Of a DNA stretch of 64,000 nt, positions 21,442-31,213 are shown piece after piece. Each line of letters opens with the position of its first letter. The stretch's first letter is position 1. The notes under the pieces were generated by a model. That model saw only the letters and a list, made by a program, of their open reading frames with translations, had not been told where the DNA came from and searched no databases. This DNA comes from Methanobacteriota archaeon (GTDB lineage Archaea > Halobacteriota > Bog-38 > Methanoflorentales > Methanoflorentaceae). The position numbers were made by a program, and so were the translations under genes. The stretch is from assembly GCA_963720465.1 (NCBI GenBank), contig OY970393.1, forward strand, positions 1,952,001 to 2,016,000. The letters are read 5' to 3'.

Positions 21442-22875
21442 GTGAGGCTAAAACACGCACTGATAGCTATCGTTCTCGTTGCGGTGCTCGTCGCCGTCAG
21501 CGCCAGCGGGTGTACGTCGACAAATAACTCGACAAGCTCAGGAGGCGCCGTGCTAACCGCAGAGCCAACGGGCGGAAGCTGGAAGACGTTCGTCTTAAGT
21601 TCAAGCGATGAGATACGTTCCCTGCCGCCACCTTCGCAAGGCTCGCCACAATTCACTCAGGATGTCAACGAGCTGCTGGCGCTTCAGCTGAACCGAACGG
21701 CGGTGGTTAACCAAAGCATCGCTTATTGGAATAACGGTTCAGTTGTGTGCTGGAACGCGATCGCGCGCAGCCTTATCATAAAATATGGCACCTCAGCGCC
21801 CATGGCCTCACGCGTCTATGCGCTGGTGAGTGTGGCGCAGTACGATGCGCTCGTCTCTACGTGGAATAACAAGTACACATACAACCGGTCGAGTCCATAC
21901 GACCTTGACTCAAGCATTCAGCCTGCTTTGCAGACGACTAGCGACCCGGCGTACCCGTCTGATCACGCCGCTGTCGCCGGCGCATCCGCGGCGGTGCTTT
22001 CGTACCTGTATCCCAATGAAACCGCTTGGCTGAACAAACAAGCGGCTGCAGACGATGAATCACGGCTTGAGGCAGGAGTGAACTTCCGTAGCGATATCAC
22101 CGCCGGCAATGCGATCGGCCTCACCGTCGCACAGGACGTCATCAACCGTGCTAAAAATGATGGCTCGAATGTCCCTTGGACTGGCACAATCCCCACCGGT
22201 GCAGGAAAATGGGTTAGCACGACATCGCCACCGACGCCGCCCCTCTTGCCAAACTGGGGCAATGTCACCCCGTGGCTGCTTAATAAGTCGGACCTGATCA
22301 TGCCACCACCACCACCGGGATTTGGCTCTGCGCAATTCGAAGCGGGTCTCAACGAGGTCAAAGAGATCGCCAACAATCGGACGGCGGACCAACTGCAGAT
22401 CGCTCAGTTTTGGGACGATGGCAACGGGACGGCAACGCCCACGGGCCACTGGAATGCGATTGCGTGCGGCCTCATTCAAAACTATTCGCTCGACGAACTG
22501 CGCGCCGCGCGGACGCTCGCGCTAATGAATACTGCGACAGAGGACGCTGGGATCTGCTGTTGGAAAGCTAAGTACGAGTATTGGGAACTCAGGCCCATTA
22601 CGGCCGATCCGACTATCAAGACGGCCTTCGCCACTCCGAACTTCCCCTCGTACACCTCGGGTCACTCTGACTTTTCAGGCGCGGCGGCCGGGGTATTGAG
22701 TTACATCTTTCCGAAGGAACAGAGTCAGTTAGAAGCCCAGGCGCAACAAGCGTCTCTGTCTCGCGTTTACGCAGGTATCCACTACCCATTTGATTGCGAT
22801 CAGGGGCTAAAGGTCGGCAGCGAGGTCGCCCAGGTCGCAATTCAACGCGGGGAACACGACGGCTCTCCGCAATAA
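21442..22875 (+). CDS. Lipoprotein with tandem PAP2/vanadium-haloperoxidase-like domains
   Basis: Lipobox SASGC; domain 2 has KYEYWELRP, PSYTSGH and SRVYAGIHYPFD; domain 1 is degenerate. Confidence 0.85.
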   Translation: MRLKHALIAIVLVAVLVAVSASGCTSTNNSTSSGGAVLTAEPTGGSWKTFVLSSSDEIRSLPPPSQGSPQFTQDVNELLALQLNRTAVVNQSIAYWNNGSVVCWNAIARSLIIKYGTSAPMASRVYALVSVAQYDALVSTWNNKYTYNRSSPYDLDSSIQPALQTTSDPAYPSDHAAVAGASAAVLSYLYPNETAWLNKQAAADDESRLEAGVNFRSDITAGNAIGLTVAQDVINRAKNDGSNVPWTGTIPTGAGKWVSTTSPPTPPLLPNWGNVTPWLLNKSDLIMPPPPPGFGSAQFEAGLNEVKEIANNRTADQLQIAQFWDDGNGTATPTGHWNAIACGLIQNYSLDELRAARTLALMNTATEDAGICCWKAKYEYWELRPITADPTIKTAFATPNFPSYTSGHSDFSGAAAGVLSYIFPKEQSQLEAQAQQASLSRVYAGIHYPFDCDQGLKVGSEVAQVAIQRGEHDGSPQ

Positions 22876-22969
22876 GCATCATAATGGCCGACTCCCCGCT
22901 TAGCGGGAACGTACGCGCGCCGTTCATCGTAACACGAAGATTCACGCCGTGTCGTTCGAGCGGGAAATC

Positions 22970-22998
22970 GCAGGTGCGCCCTCCGGGGTGCATCCTGC
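22970..22998. terminator. GC-rich hairpin between convergent genes
   Basis: GCAGGTGCGCCC-TCC-GGGGTGCATCCTGC imperfect inverted repeat. Confidence 0.35.
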
Positions 22999-23017
22999 TG
23001 TCGCTTGGGCCAACAGC

Positions 23018-23473
23018 TCAGCGGCGCTCCTTCTTGTTTTTTATCATACTATCAAAATAGTCTTCTAGATAAAATACGCGAAGATAGTCAGGCAATGAAT
23101 TCATGCGCCTGTTCATATCTTTGACCTGTAACTCCGTCGGCGGCGTTATGGTCTTTGCAAGTTCGGCACGTATCGCACGGCGTTCTTTTGCACTCAAACG
23201 AGCACTTTCAATGTTCAAGTCTGCGGTGAGCCAAAATACGAAACGGCTAAACGGGTCCTCTACACACTCTTCGATTATTTTGCCCAGGACAAGAGTTGCT
23301 TTGCGAGTCCGCCCCCCCGCGTCTGCGTAGGGATATACGAGGGTTGCCACTAGTAAGTTGTGGCTGAAAACGGTACCGATCTTTTTCCATTCGATGACAT
23401 AGTCAGGTGGGACCCCCTTTCCCACTCTGGGGCCCGTTTCCGATAATTGCGCACCTACCCCGTCACGTGTCAT
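23018..23473 (-). CDS. Hypothetical protein
   Basis: 151-aa ORF with protein-like composition; no motif recognised. Confidence 0.55.
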   Translation of the reverse strand: MTRDGVGAQLSETGPRVGKGVPPDYVIEWKKIGTVFSHNLLVATLVYPYADAGGRTRKATLVLGKIIEECVEDPFSRFVFWLTADLNIESARLSAKERRAIRAELAKTITPPTELQVKDMNRRMNSLPDYLRVFYLEDYFDSMIKNKKERR

Positions 23474-23764
23474 TATCTCACGCCTTTGGAATCAACCGCG
23501 TTTCACCGCACCGTGCTTTATACAGATACCCACATACATTTAACTTAGTTCGCTGATGCGAGAAAAGGAGCAAAGAGCTTATTGGCCTTCGAGAGCCGGA
23601 TCTAAATCAGCAGTTGCTACATAGACAGCAAAATCGGGCAGCAGCGGTGCGTCAAAAGAACGATTGGTAGTGCCACAGTGGTAGGCGTTGTCCGGTTAGT
23701 AAGACAAAGCAACAAAGCGTCGGGGCGAACAAAGAAGCTTTGGCAAAAGAAGAGGTACGCAGTT

Positions 23765-24433
23765 ATGGATGTGATAGATGCGCTGCACGCCCGCTCGACC
23801 GTGCCTGCTTACAAGCCTGATCCAGTGCGGAAGGACACGATTCTGAAGATTCTGAAAGCTGCAACCCGCGCGCCTTCTTGGGCTAATACCCAGCCGTGGG
23901 AGATTTTTGTCGCGGGGGGAGAGCCGCTCGAGAGGCTGCGCACGGCGTACGTGGGGCGCTATCAGGAACGCGTGCCACCTAATCCGGATCTCTCGGCACC
24001 GCAGACGTGGCCGCCCGTCATCCGACAGCGTATGGCCGAATTGATGTCTGCGCGGGCTCGACTAAAACGCACTGACAGAGAACGCGACGGTGCCGCTGTT
24101 CGACAAAGCTTGTTCGAATCCAACTATCGGTTTTTTGGTGCGCCGGCCGTGGTTTTTCTTTGCATGGATCGTAACCTTTCGTCCTGGTCATTATTTGATA
24201 TGGGACTGCTGGCGCAGAGCATCATGCTGGCGGCACAAGAATATCAGGTGGATTCGGCACCCGCTTTCCTTTTCGGATCATACCCTGACCTTGTTCGTGC
24301 AGAATTAGATATCCCCACAGAGTTATCGATACTCATCGGATTGGCACTTGGTTACGCTGACATGAACCCGCAGAACCAGTATCGAAGCGTTCGGCGGTCG
24401 ATTGAGGACGTCGTTCACTGTAAGAGCCTTTAG
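23765..24433 (+). CDS. Nitroreductase-family protein
   Basis: RAPSWANTQPW, FFGAP, QSIMLAA and LGYAD motifs; GAGGT RBS before ATG 23765. Confidence 0.9.
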   Translation: MDVIDALHARSTVPAYKPDPVRKDTILKILKAATRAPSWANTQPWEIFVAGGEPLERLRTAYVGRYQERVPPNPDLSAPQTWPPVIRQRMAELMSARARLKRTDRERDGAAVRQSLFESNYRFFGAPAVVFLCMDRNLSSWSLFDMGLLAQSIMLAAQEYQVDSAPAFLFGSYPDLVRAELDIPTELSILIGLALGYADMNPQNQYRSVRRSIEDVVHCKSL

Positions 24434-24513
24434 TTGCAGAAATAGAAAGTACTACCAGTTCACAGCGCGGCTGGGACTCTTTTGCAAGCATTTCAACCGA
24501 GAGCAAGAGAGCT

Positions 24514-24801
24514 TCAAAGCGCTTCTTGCTGATCTCTAAGCTGTTTAACATAGTTAACTCCTTGCGCCGTAAGCGTGAGGGACGCTATCTTCCCGCCAAG
24601 AATGGGATGCGCTGTCACATATCCTAACAGGTCGAAATCCATCGCGTAGCGGTACACCTCTCGTTCATTGAAGCCCATTTTTTTAGCAAGGCTATAAAGT
24701 TCGCCGCGCTCTATGATCTTGCTGCCGTTGGATTCAGCTTGGTCGGAAAGGCAGATGATAAAGTCATTCTCGCGTTGCGGCAAATCCAAAATGAACACCA
24801 A
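24514..24801 (-). CDS. Small winged-helix-like protein
   Basis: Helices followed by LGYV and LTLTAQGVNYV wing motif. Confidence 0.55.
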   Translation of the reverse strand: MVFILDLPQRENDFIICLSDQAESNGSKIIERGELYSLAKKMGFNEREVYRYAMDFDLLGYVTAHPILGGKIASLTLTAQGVNYVKQLRDQQEAL

Positions 24802-25004
24802 ATGTCAGAGTATTTCTGAGAAAGGATTATACTTTCGCTCTGATCGGCTTCATATTCTCTCAGTTTACCGCTATTGGCGTGATAATCGCTCCTGACGCAC
24901 GTCTTCGAAATCACGCTCCTTGCACTCGTCTGCGGTCTTCTATTTTCCTTTATTCGGGAACAAGGGTTATTAAGCTTCAGTGGCAAAATGATTAGTGATT
25001 CATT

Positions 25005-26519
25005 ATGTCGACGCACACCGAGCATTCCGTAAGGAGTCGGCAAATCAACTCACAAGAGTCAGAACCGCTGTACTCGGCCCTCAATACGGTGAACGTCTTG
25101 TTGGGCAATGTCCTCATTCGAAAGGCAGTTCACGGCATCTGCGTCGACGACAAGCAGGCGATCTACGAAGCCTTGAGCTACTACAGCGGCCAAAGCGATC
25201 TACGCCTCTTAAAGAAGCTTAAGCTGCTGCCGATCTGTGCGTTCGTCGAACTGGGAAGAATGTCCTTCCACGTGGACAGGTCCAAGATGCAGAGGTACTT
25301 CAGTCAGCAGGTGACGCGACGCGGCCTATCGAATATCATTAAGAGCATAGCGGAGTACGGCATCAGCAAGCCCCTCAAACTTCAGGCGCCCTTTTTGGTC
25401 GTTTGGAACTACACGGATGCGTGCAATCTGCGCTGCAAGCACTGCTACCAACGTGCAGGCAAAATGTCAAAGGATGAGCTCAGCCTCGAGGAGCGGCTCA
25501 ACATCGTCGATCAGCTCGCTGACAACGATGTCGTCGCTATTGCGTTTTCTGGGGGCGAGGCGCTCCTGCGGGACGACTTCTGGGAAGTCGCTCGTTATGC
25601 TTCAGGCAAGGGGTTATACCTCTCATTGGCGACCAATGGCACGCTGCTCACAAAAGACGTCGTCCGCCGGCTTAAGGACGTTGGGGTTCAGTACTTCGAG
25701 ATAAGTCTTGACTCAGTTGATCCGGCAAAACACGACGCGTTCCGGGGTGTTGCAGGCGCTTGGGAACGCACGGTAGCGGGGATCAAAAATGTCGTGGCCC
25801 AAGATGGCGCGTACTCGTGCATCGCCAATACTCTCACGAATGAGAACTACCGCGAACTGGATGACCTCGTCGCCTTCAGCAGGAAGCTTGGCGTCAACAG
25901 GACCTTGATCTTCAATTTTATCCCTGTAGGTCGAGGTTCAGATATCATCGACATGGATTTGCCCCCGGAAGCACGCGAGCACGTTTTGCAGCAGATGTAC
26001 GGGTACTTGAGTGGGCAAGACGAGAGCTTTGAAATTCTGACAACGGCCCCGCAATTCTCACGCGTGTGCATGATGAACTCACAAAATGGCGTTATTTCAC
26101 TCGCACACGTTGGGGCAGCGGGTTTCAGCGACAAGGTGGGGTTACTCGCTGAGTACATCGGAGGATGTGGGGCCGGCCGCATGTACTGCGCCATTCAGCC
26201 GAACGGAATCGTTACCCCGTGCGTCTTCATGCCGATACCTGTAGGCGATTTGCGAACAGAATCATTTATCGATATTTGGAAGAATGCCGAGGTGATGCAG
26301 TCACTCAGGGACCGGCACGATCTTAAGGAGCACTGCGGGTCGTGCGACTACAAGAACGTTTGTGGCGGTTGCCGCGCCCGCGCGTATGCGTATTTCAACG
26401 ACATCAAAGCCCCGGACATTGGATGTATTAACAACCTGGCCGCGTACAACGCGCTAAAGGATAAATCGCGTGTGCCAAGCGTCGCGGAGACAAAAGAGGC
26501 GGCCGAATCAAGCTTTTGA
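25005..26519 (+). CDS. Radical SAM/SPASM enzyme with N-terminal extension; candidate GMGT synthase (Gms-like)
   Basis: CNLRCKHC, FSGGE, GGCGAGR..C...PCVF and CGSC..CGGCRARA..GC motifs; RRGL.N..K....G..KP....AP.LVVW segment. Confidence 0.75.
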   Translation: MSTHTEHSVRSRQINSQESEPLYSALNTVNVLLGNVLIRKAVHGICVDDKQAIYEALSYYSGQSDLRLLKKLKLLPICAFVELGRMSFHVDRSKMQRYFSQQVTRRGLSNIIKSIAEYGISKPLKLQAPFLVVWNYTDACNLRCKHCYQRAGKMSKDELSLEERLNIVDQLADNDVVAIAFSGGEALLRDDFWEVARYASGKGLYLSLATNGTLLTKDVVRRLKDVGVQYFEISLDSVDPAKHDAFRGVAGAWERTVAGIKNVVAQDGAYSCIANTLTNENYRELDDLVAFSRKLGVNRTLIFNFIPVGRGSDIIDMDLPPEAREHVLQQMYGYLSGQDESFEILTTAPQFSRVCMMNSQNGVISLAHVGAAGFSDKVGLLAEYIGGCGAGRMYCAIQPNGIVTPCVFMPIPVGDLRTESFIDIWKNAEVMQSLRDRHDLKEHCGSCDYKNVCGGCRARAYAYFNDIKAPDIGCINNLAAYNALKDKSRVPSVAETKEAAESSF

Positions 26520-26543
26520 ACGATCCGTCAGACTGCGAGGACT

Positions 26544-27974
26544 TTACTGATTTTCGGAGTGCGGGTCAACTGCCGTGCCGAGAATGGGCGTTGATTTCAT
26601 CTTAAGCGCGCCTTTGAACACTTTGTACATTACCAGGGCGAACAGAAGCTTGTCTCGGCTTAATTGCTTGAAGAGATAGTTTGGCCTCAGGTAGAACTCT
26701 TTGAATGCCTCTCTTTGAGTGTCCTGAAGCTCTCTGAGCGTAAGATCAACGGATTCAATGACCGGCGTGAGCAGCGTGAAGTGCGTCCAATCTTTTATTC
26801 TAATGAGGCCCATCTTGCTCGCGAGCTCATAGAACTTGGTGCCAGGGTACGGTGTGGCGAGCGAGAAGAGTGCGTAGTCAGGGTTCACCCATTTTGCGAA
26901 GCCAATTGTCTCATCGATAGTAGTTTTGTTCTCGCCGGGCATTCCTAGAGTCATTGAAGCGATCGTATGCATGCCGATGTCTTTTGCGGTTTTGAAGGCT
27001 CGTTTGGCCTGTGCCACTTTGGTGCCCTTTTGGACGTTGTCCAGGATCTTTTGATTCCCGCTCTCAACGCCAAAAAGCAGCGTTCGGCAGCCCGCCTTCC
27101 ACATCTGCGAGAGCAGCTCTTTATTGAACCGATCGACCCGCGCCGTGCATCCCCATACAACATCGATTCCGCGGCTGATTATCCCTTTACAGAAGCTGTA
27201 CACCCACTTTGGAAACAGGGTGAAGGTATCGTCCATGAAGCCGACCATTCTAACTTTGTAGTCATCTACTACCTGTTCCATCTCGTCTGCAGCGTTTTCT
27301 GGCGATCTGAAACGGACTCGTCGCCCGTGCATCGCACTTGACGCGCAGAATGAACAGCCCATCGGGCATCCTCTGCTGCAGATCATGGTGGCTAAGACCT
27401 GTTTGCGTCCGAAGAGCATGTATTCGCTCATCGGAAGTAGGTGACGCGCAGGGAACGGCAGGGCATCGAGATCTTCGATAGGCCTTCGTTTAGGGGTTTC
27501 CACGATGCGGTCGCCGTCGCGGTAATTGATGCCATCAATGTTGCGCAGAGGCTTTTCTTTCTCTATAGCGTCGACGAGCTCGAGGGTAGCGTATTCCCCC
27601 TCATTCCTGACCACGACATCGACGAAGTCGTTTTCACGCAAGACCTGCTCTGGCATGAAGGTGGCGTGATATCCTCCCATTGTGACTGTGCACTCAGGGT
27701 TGAGCTCTTTGGTAATTTTGCCCACTGTGAGGGCTTGCTTGATCGTCGGCGTCGTCGTCTGCACCCCGAGCAGATCGACGTGCTTATTTGCAAGCTCTCG
27801 GCGGTAGCCCTCGAAATCCATATCGAGCGCCGGCGCGTCTAAAATGGTGACCTTGACGTCGTTCTCTTCCAGTACGGCGCCGATGTACGCGAGACCTAGG
27901 GGAGGCGCGGTAAGACCTAACACATCCTTATATTTGGATGCGATGTCGGGAGGATTAACAAGGAGGACTTCCAT
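26544..27974 (-). CDS. Cobalamin-binding (class B) radical SAM enzyme, likely methyltransferase
   Basis: PPLGLAYI and GGYHAT B12 domain; SRGCPMGCSFC; DDTF; GVESG; TPYPGT. Confidence 0.9.
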   Translation of the reverse strand: MEVLLVNPPDIASKYKDVLGLTAPPLGLAYIGAVLEENDVKVTILDAPALDMDFEGYRRELANKHVDLLGVQTTTPTIKQALTVGKITKELNPECTVTMGGYHATFMPEQVLRENDFVDVVVRNEGEYATLELVDAIEKEKPLRNIDGINYRDGDRIVETPKRRPIEDLDALPFPARHLLPMSEYMLFGRKQVLATMICSRGCPMGCSFCASSAMHGRRVRFRSPENAADEMEQVVDDYKVRMVGFMDDTFTLFPKWVYSFCKGIISRGIDVVWGCTARVDRFNKELLSQMWKAGCRTLLFGVESGNQKILDNVQKGTKVAQAKRAFKTAKDIGMHTIASMTLGMPGENKTTIDETIGFAKWVNPDYALFSLATPYPGTKFYELASKMGLIRIKDWTHFTLLTPVIESVDLTLRELQDTQREAFKEFYLRPNYLFKQLSRDKLLFALVMYKVFKGALKMKSTPILGTAVDPHSENQ

Positions 27975-28080
27975 CGCGATCTCTCAATAGGTAAGGGTGC
28001 CGAAAATATAAGGTTAACCGCGGAAGGGAGCAGTTTGGGATACAGCGTCTCATTTGACGTGCGCGTGAAACGCCATGCCA

Positions 28081-28680
28081 TCAAGTCTCGCTGACGGCTT
28101 CTTTCTTAGTGAGTCGTTGCTCGAGCAGCGCCAAATGCTCCCGTTTGCCCTTTGTGAGAGCGGTTAACTCTCGCTTCGAGAGCGCTCTGAAATAGCACGC
28201 GTCGATACACGCCATGTTTTCATACCCTTTGCACCTGTCGCACTTGTATGCTCTTCGTGTGGTTTTTCGCTTTCGCGTGCGTTCGGTCTCAGCACTCATC
28301 GCTTTCCTGTCAAAGAGCATGTGCAAAACGCTTCGCTCGCGCGCTTCAGGCGCCGGCGCGGCGGGGCTCTCTTCGATGAAGATCGCATTGAACGGGCAAC
28401 TGCTCGCGCACCGGCCGCAGCCGATGCATTTGGCCTCATCGATGGATATGACGTCGTTCTCCCGCACAATAGCCTTCGGCTTGCACACCTCGATACACGC
28501 CGGGTTTTCACATTGCTTGCATACGATAGGGAGCGCTTCATCATCGAATATGAGCCCCCTCGACTGTAGCACGTCTTTCACTTTCAGGCGCGCTTTTCCG
28601 CCGTGCCGTTCCGCGCACGCCATTTCGCACACGCCACAGTTTTCGCACCTTTTCAGATTGACGGTCACTACCTCAGTCAT
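28081..28680 (-). CDS. 4Fe-4S dicluster protein (HycB/CooF/DmsB-like)
   Basis: CENCGVCEMAC, CKQCENPACIEVC, CIGCGRCASSCP and KCDRC..ACIDAC motifs. Confidence 0.88.
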   Translation of the reverse strand: MTEVVTVNLKRCENCGVCEMACAERHGGKARLKVKDVLQSRGLIFDDEALPIVCKQCENPACIEVCKPKAIVRENDVISIDEAKCIGCGRCASSCPFNAIFIEESPAAPAPEARERSVLHMLFDRKAMSAETERTRKRKTTRRAYKCDRCKGYENMACIDACYFRALSKRELTALTKGKREHLALLEQRLTKKEAVSET

Positions 28681-28708
28681 AGAGTCACTCTTCTCTTCGC
28701 GCGGACGT

Positions 28709-29656
28709 TCAATAGCCGACGACAGTTTGTAGCCCTTCTTTCAATAAGTATTTGTAGGCGCCTATCGCAGCCTTTGCGCCCTCCCCAGCTGCGACGATGA
28801 TTTGTTTTTCGGGAACGGTGGTGACGTCGCCCGCTGCGTACATGCCAGGAACACTCGTCGAACAGTCGTAGTCGACGACAATCTCTCCATTCTCGTTGAG
28901 CGTGACAAGGTCCCTCACGACGTCAGAATTCGGAATCAGGCCGATTTCGATGAATATACCCGTGACCGGAAATGACACCAATGAGTTGTCAGAGAGGTTC
29001 TTGAAGACCGCTGCATTGACGGTGTCATCTCCTTTCACCTCGATGAGCTCATACCCAACAAGTAGGTCTAAGTTTGCTGCCTCGCGAATTTTCTCCAAAT
29101 ATACCTCATCAGCCTTCCAAGGGCTTCGGTTGATGAGATACACTTTGCGCGCAATGCGTGTCAGCTCGTATGCGGCGGTAAAGGCTGAGTTCCCGCCGCC
29201 GAGTACCGCGACGTCTGTATCCATAAAAAGTGGCGCGTCGCATGTAGCGCAATAACTAACGCCGCGACCAACGAATCTCTCCACACCTTTAGCATTGAGC
29301 GTTCGTGATCTTTTTCCCGTAGCAATAATAATCGTTTTTGAGCGATACTCGTCGTCTGTCTCGGTGCGCGCTACAAATGCGTCGCTTTCTTTCTCGACAC
29401 TTTTTACTTGCGCAAATGTTCGTGGCACGTTGTACTTTTCGACCTGCTTTTCAAAGCGATCCATCAAATCCGGGCCCGATATGAACTGATAGCCCATATA
29501 GTTTTCCACGTTGAGGCTGTACAGAACCTGACCGCCGATATTCTGGGTAATCAGCAGTACATTCAACATCTTTCGAGTCGCGTAGACTGCTGCGGTCAAC
29601 CCTGCTGGGCCGCCGCCGACGATTATCAGGTCATATAATACAGTGCTCTCTTTCAT
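28709..29656 (-). CDS. trxB: Thioredoxin reductase
   Basis: GGGPAGLTAA, GVSYCATCD, GGGNSA and AAGDV motifs. Confidence 0.88.
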   Translation of the reverse strand: MKESTVLYDLIIVGGGPAGLTAAVYATRKMLNVLLITQNIGGQVLYSLNVENYMGYQFISGPDLMDRFEKQVEKYNVPRTFAQVKSVEKESDAFVARTETDDEYRSKTIIIATGKRSRTLNAKGVERFVGRGVSYCATCDAPLFMDTDVAVLGGGNSAFTAAYELTRIARKVYLINRSPWKADEVYLEKIREAANLDLLVGYELIEVKGDDTVNAAVFKNLSDNSLVSFPVTGIFIEIGLIPNSDVVRDLVTLNENGEIVVDYDCSTSVPGMYAAGDVTTVPEKQIIVAAGEGAKAAIGAYKYLLKEGLQTVVGY

Positions 29657-29784
29657 GGCGGGTTTGGAAATGAGATTTGCGCCAAAGTGTTTAAGAATAT
29701 TGCTTGTTACCGGCGGTCATCAGGGACTGAAATGAGCTGGGGCTGCATTGAGAAAAAGTGGCGGGTGCCGTTAGCACGTCTCAT

Positions 29785-30276
29785 CTACTCGTTGGTAGGA
29801 CCACTTTCGTTATCTGCAGATGGCGTTTGGCGGGGATCTTCAGCTTGAGGCGTCGATTCCCGACTCTCGCGTGCTACGCTGCTGGAAGTCTGTCTCCCAT
29901 TTGGTCTTGGCCGACGTTTTATTTCGCGCTCGCTCATCGTATCTCGAGAAAGCCTGTCCGTCACTACCGTGTCCCAAACCTTGCTCATGGTGATCGCGGA
30001 AACCGGGCAAATCATCGCGCACTCACTACAAAATACACAGTGTCCGACGAAGATGCGCACACTTTTCTCAGAGGCACTTGTGCGCAGTGCGATGGCTCCG
30101 GCAGGGCAGACTTTCCCACAGCGTCCACACAAGATACATTTTTCGGGATCAATAATCGGCGTACCACGGTAGGCCGCCGGGACTTCGACCTCAGACGCGC
30201 TCCGCACGGTTGCCGTCTTGCCGGCTAAGCCGACTGTAAAGGAACGTATTAAATCTTTGATAAATCCGGAAGCCAT
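29785..30276 (-). CDS. Group-4 hydrogenase 2[4Fe-4S] subunit (NuoI/EchF-like)
   Basis: YRG.P, CILCGRCGKVCP, CVFCSECAMICP; low-complexity C-terminal tail. Confidence 0.88.
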   Translation of the reverse strand: MASGFIKDLIRSFTVGLAGKTATVRSASEVEVPAAYRGTPIIDPEKCILCGRCGKVCPAGAIALRTSASEKSVRIFVGHCVFCSECAMICPVSAITMSKVWDTVVTDRLSRDTMSEREIKRRPRPNGRQTSSSVARESRESTPQAEDPRQTPSADNESGPTNE

Positions 30277-30277
30277 T

Positions 30278-31213
30278 CTAGAGCCCCGCCCATCCGAACA
30301 GGAAGTGCATGTACCTAACGCCTGCAACGTACAAGATCAGGTCCGTGACTGCGAGTAGGGTAGGAATCGTCCAGTAATACCTGAGCACGCGGGTAACACG
30401 GGTTCTCCCGGTAGTCGCCTGCCAAAACGCAATGAAGGCACTGACGAGCAATGCAATGATCGCGAATTCAATGATAAGATTTATACCGGTCCCGAAGTGG
30501 TAGATGGCCGTTCCAAAGAACACTACTACTATAAGCGACGCGTAGAGAAATGTCTTAAGCCACTGCCCAAGTTGCAAAAGGGCGAGATTCGGTCCTGAAT
30601 ACTCGACGTATGGGCCAGAAACGATCTCAGTCTCGGCTTCAGCGATGTCAAAGGGTTGAACCGCCGCTGCGGCAGGCAATGTCCATATTGCAGCAATCGC
30701 TGCGAGCGGCAAGACGGTGATCCACGCTGTCGACGATATCGTAGTTAACTGGAACGATCCTGCCGCGAGAGCTACCGTCACCATGGCGACGATGAATGGA
30801 ACTTCGTAGGCAATGAGGAGCGCGACCTCGCGTGCAGCGCCAATGGCGCCGTATGGGCTTCCGCTGGCCGAACCGCCGAGGATCAGTGCAATTGGCGGTA
30901 TTGCGAGGAGGTAAATCACCAATATGAGGTCGCCCGCACCGACTGCAGACGCAGAGGCGGCTAAAGGTATCACTAGTGCCGCAAAGAGCATAGAGGCGAC
31001 GCTGAGGATTGGCGCGAGGTTGAAGAGCAGGGGGCTTGTCACATTCGGTGTCAAGCTCTCTTTGCCCATCAGTTTGAAGAAGTCGTAAAACGCTTGGAAG
31101 ATGCTTGGACCTTTGCGAAACTGACTGTGCGCCACGACGATACGGCGAATCCCCTGCAGTAGCAAGGCAGCAACAAAGGCATAGACCAGCACGACGACTA
31201 TTGAAGCGACCAT
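30278..31213 (-). CDS. Group-4 hydrogenase membrane subunit (NuoH/EchB-like)
   Basis: GP...Q.FYD..KL..KE, SPYG..GA.RE and PFDIAEAETEIVSGPYVEYSG motifs. Confidence 0.92.
   Translation of the reverse strand: MVASIVVVLVYAFVAALLLQGIRRIVVAHSQFRKGPSIFQAFYDFFKLMGKESLTPNVTSPLLFNLAPILSVASMLFAALVIPLAASASAVGAGDLILVIYLLAIPPIALILGGSASGSPYGAIGAAREVALLIAYEVPFIVAMVTVALAAGSFQLTTISSTAWITVLPLAAIAAIWTLPAAAAVQPFDIAEAETEIVSGPYVEYSGPNLALLQLGQWLKTFLYASLIVVVFFGTAIYHFGTGINLIIEFAIIALLVSAFIAFWQATTGRTRVTRVLRYYWTIPTLLAVTDLILYVAGVRYMHFLFGWAGL

Noticed and set aside
25005-26519. SPASM enzyme as a RiPP maturase
   Set aside because: No precursor peptide, PqqD/RRE domain, peptidase or transporter adjacent; the lipid-enzyme family fits better
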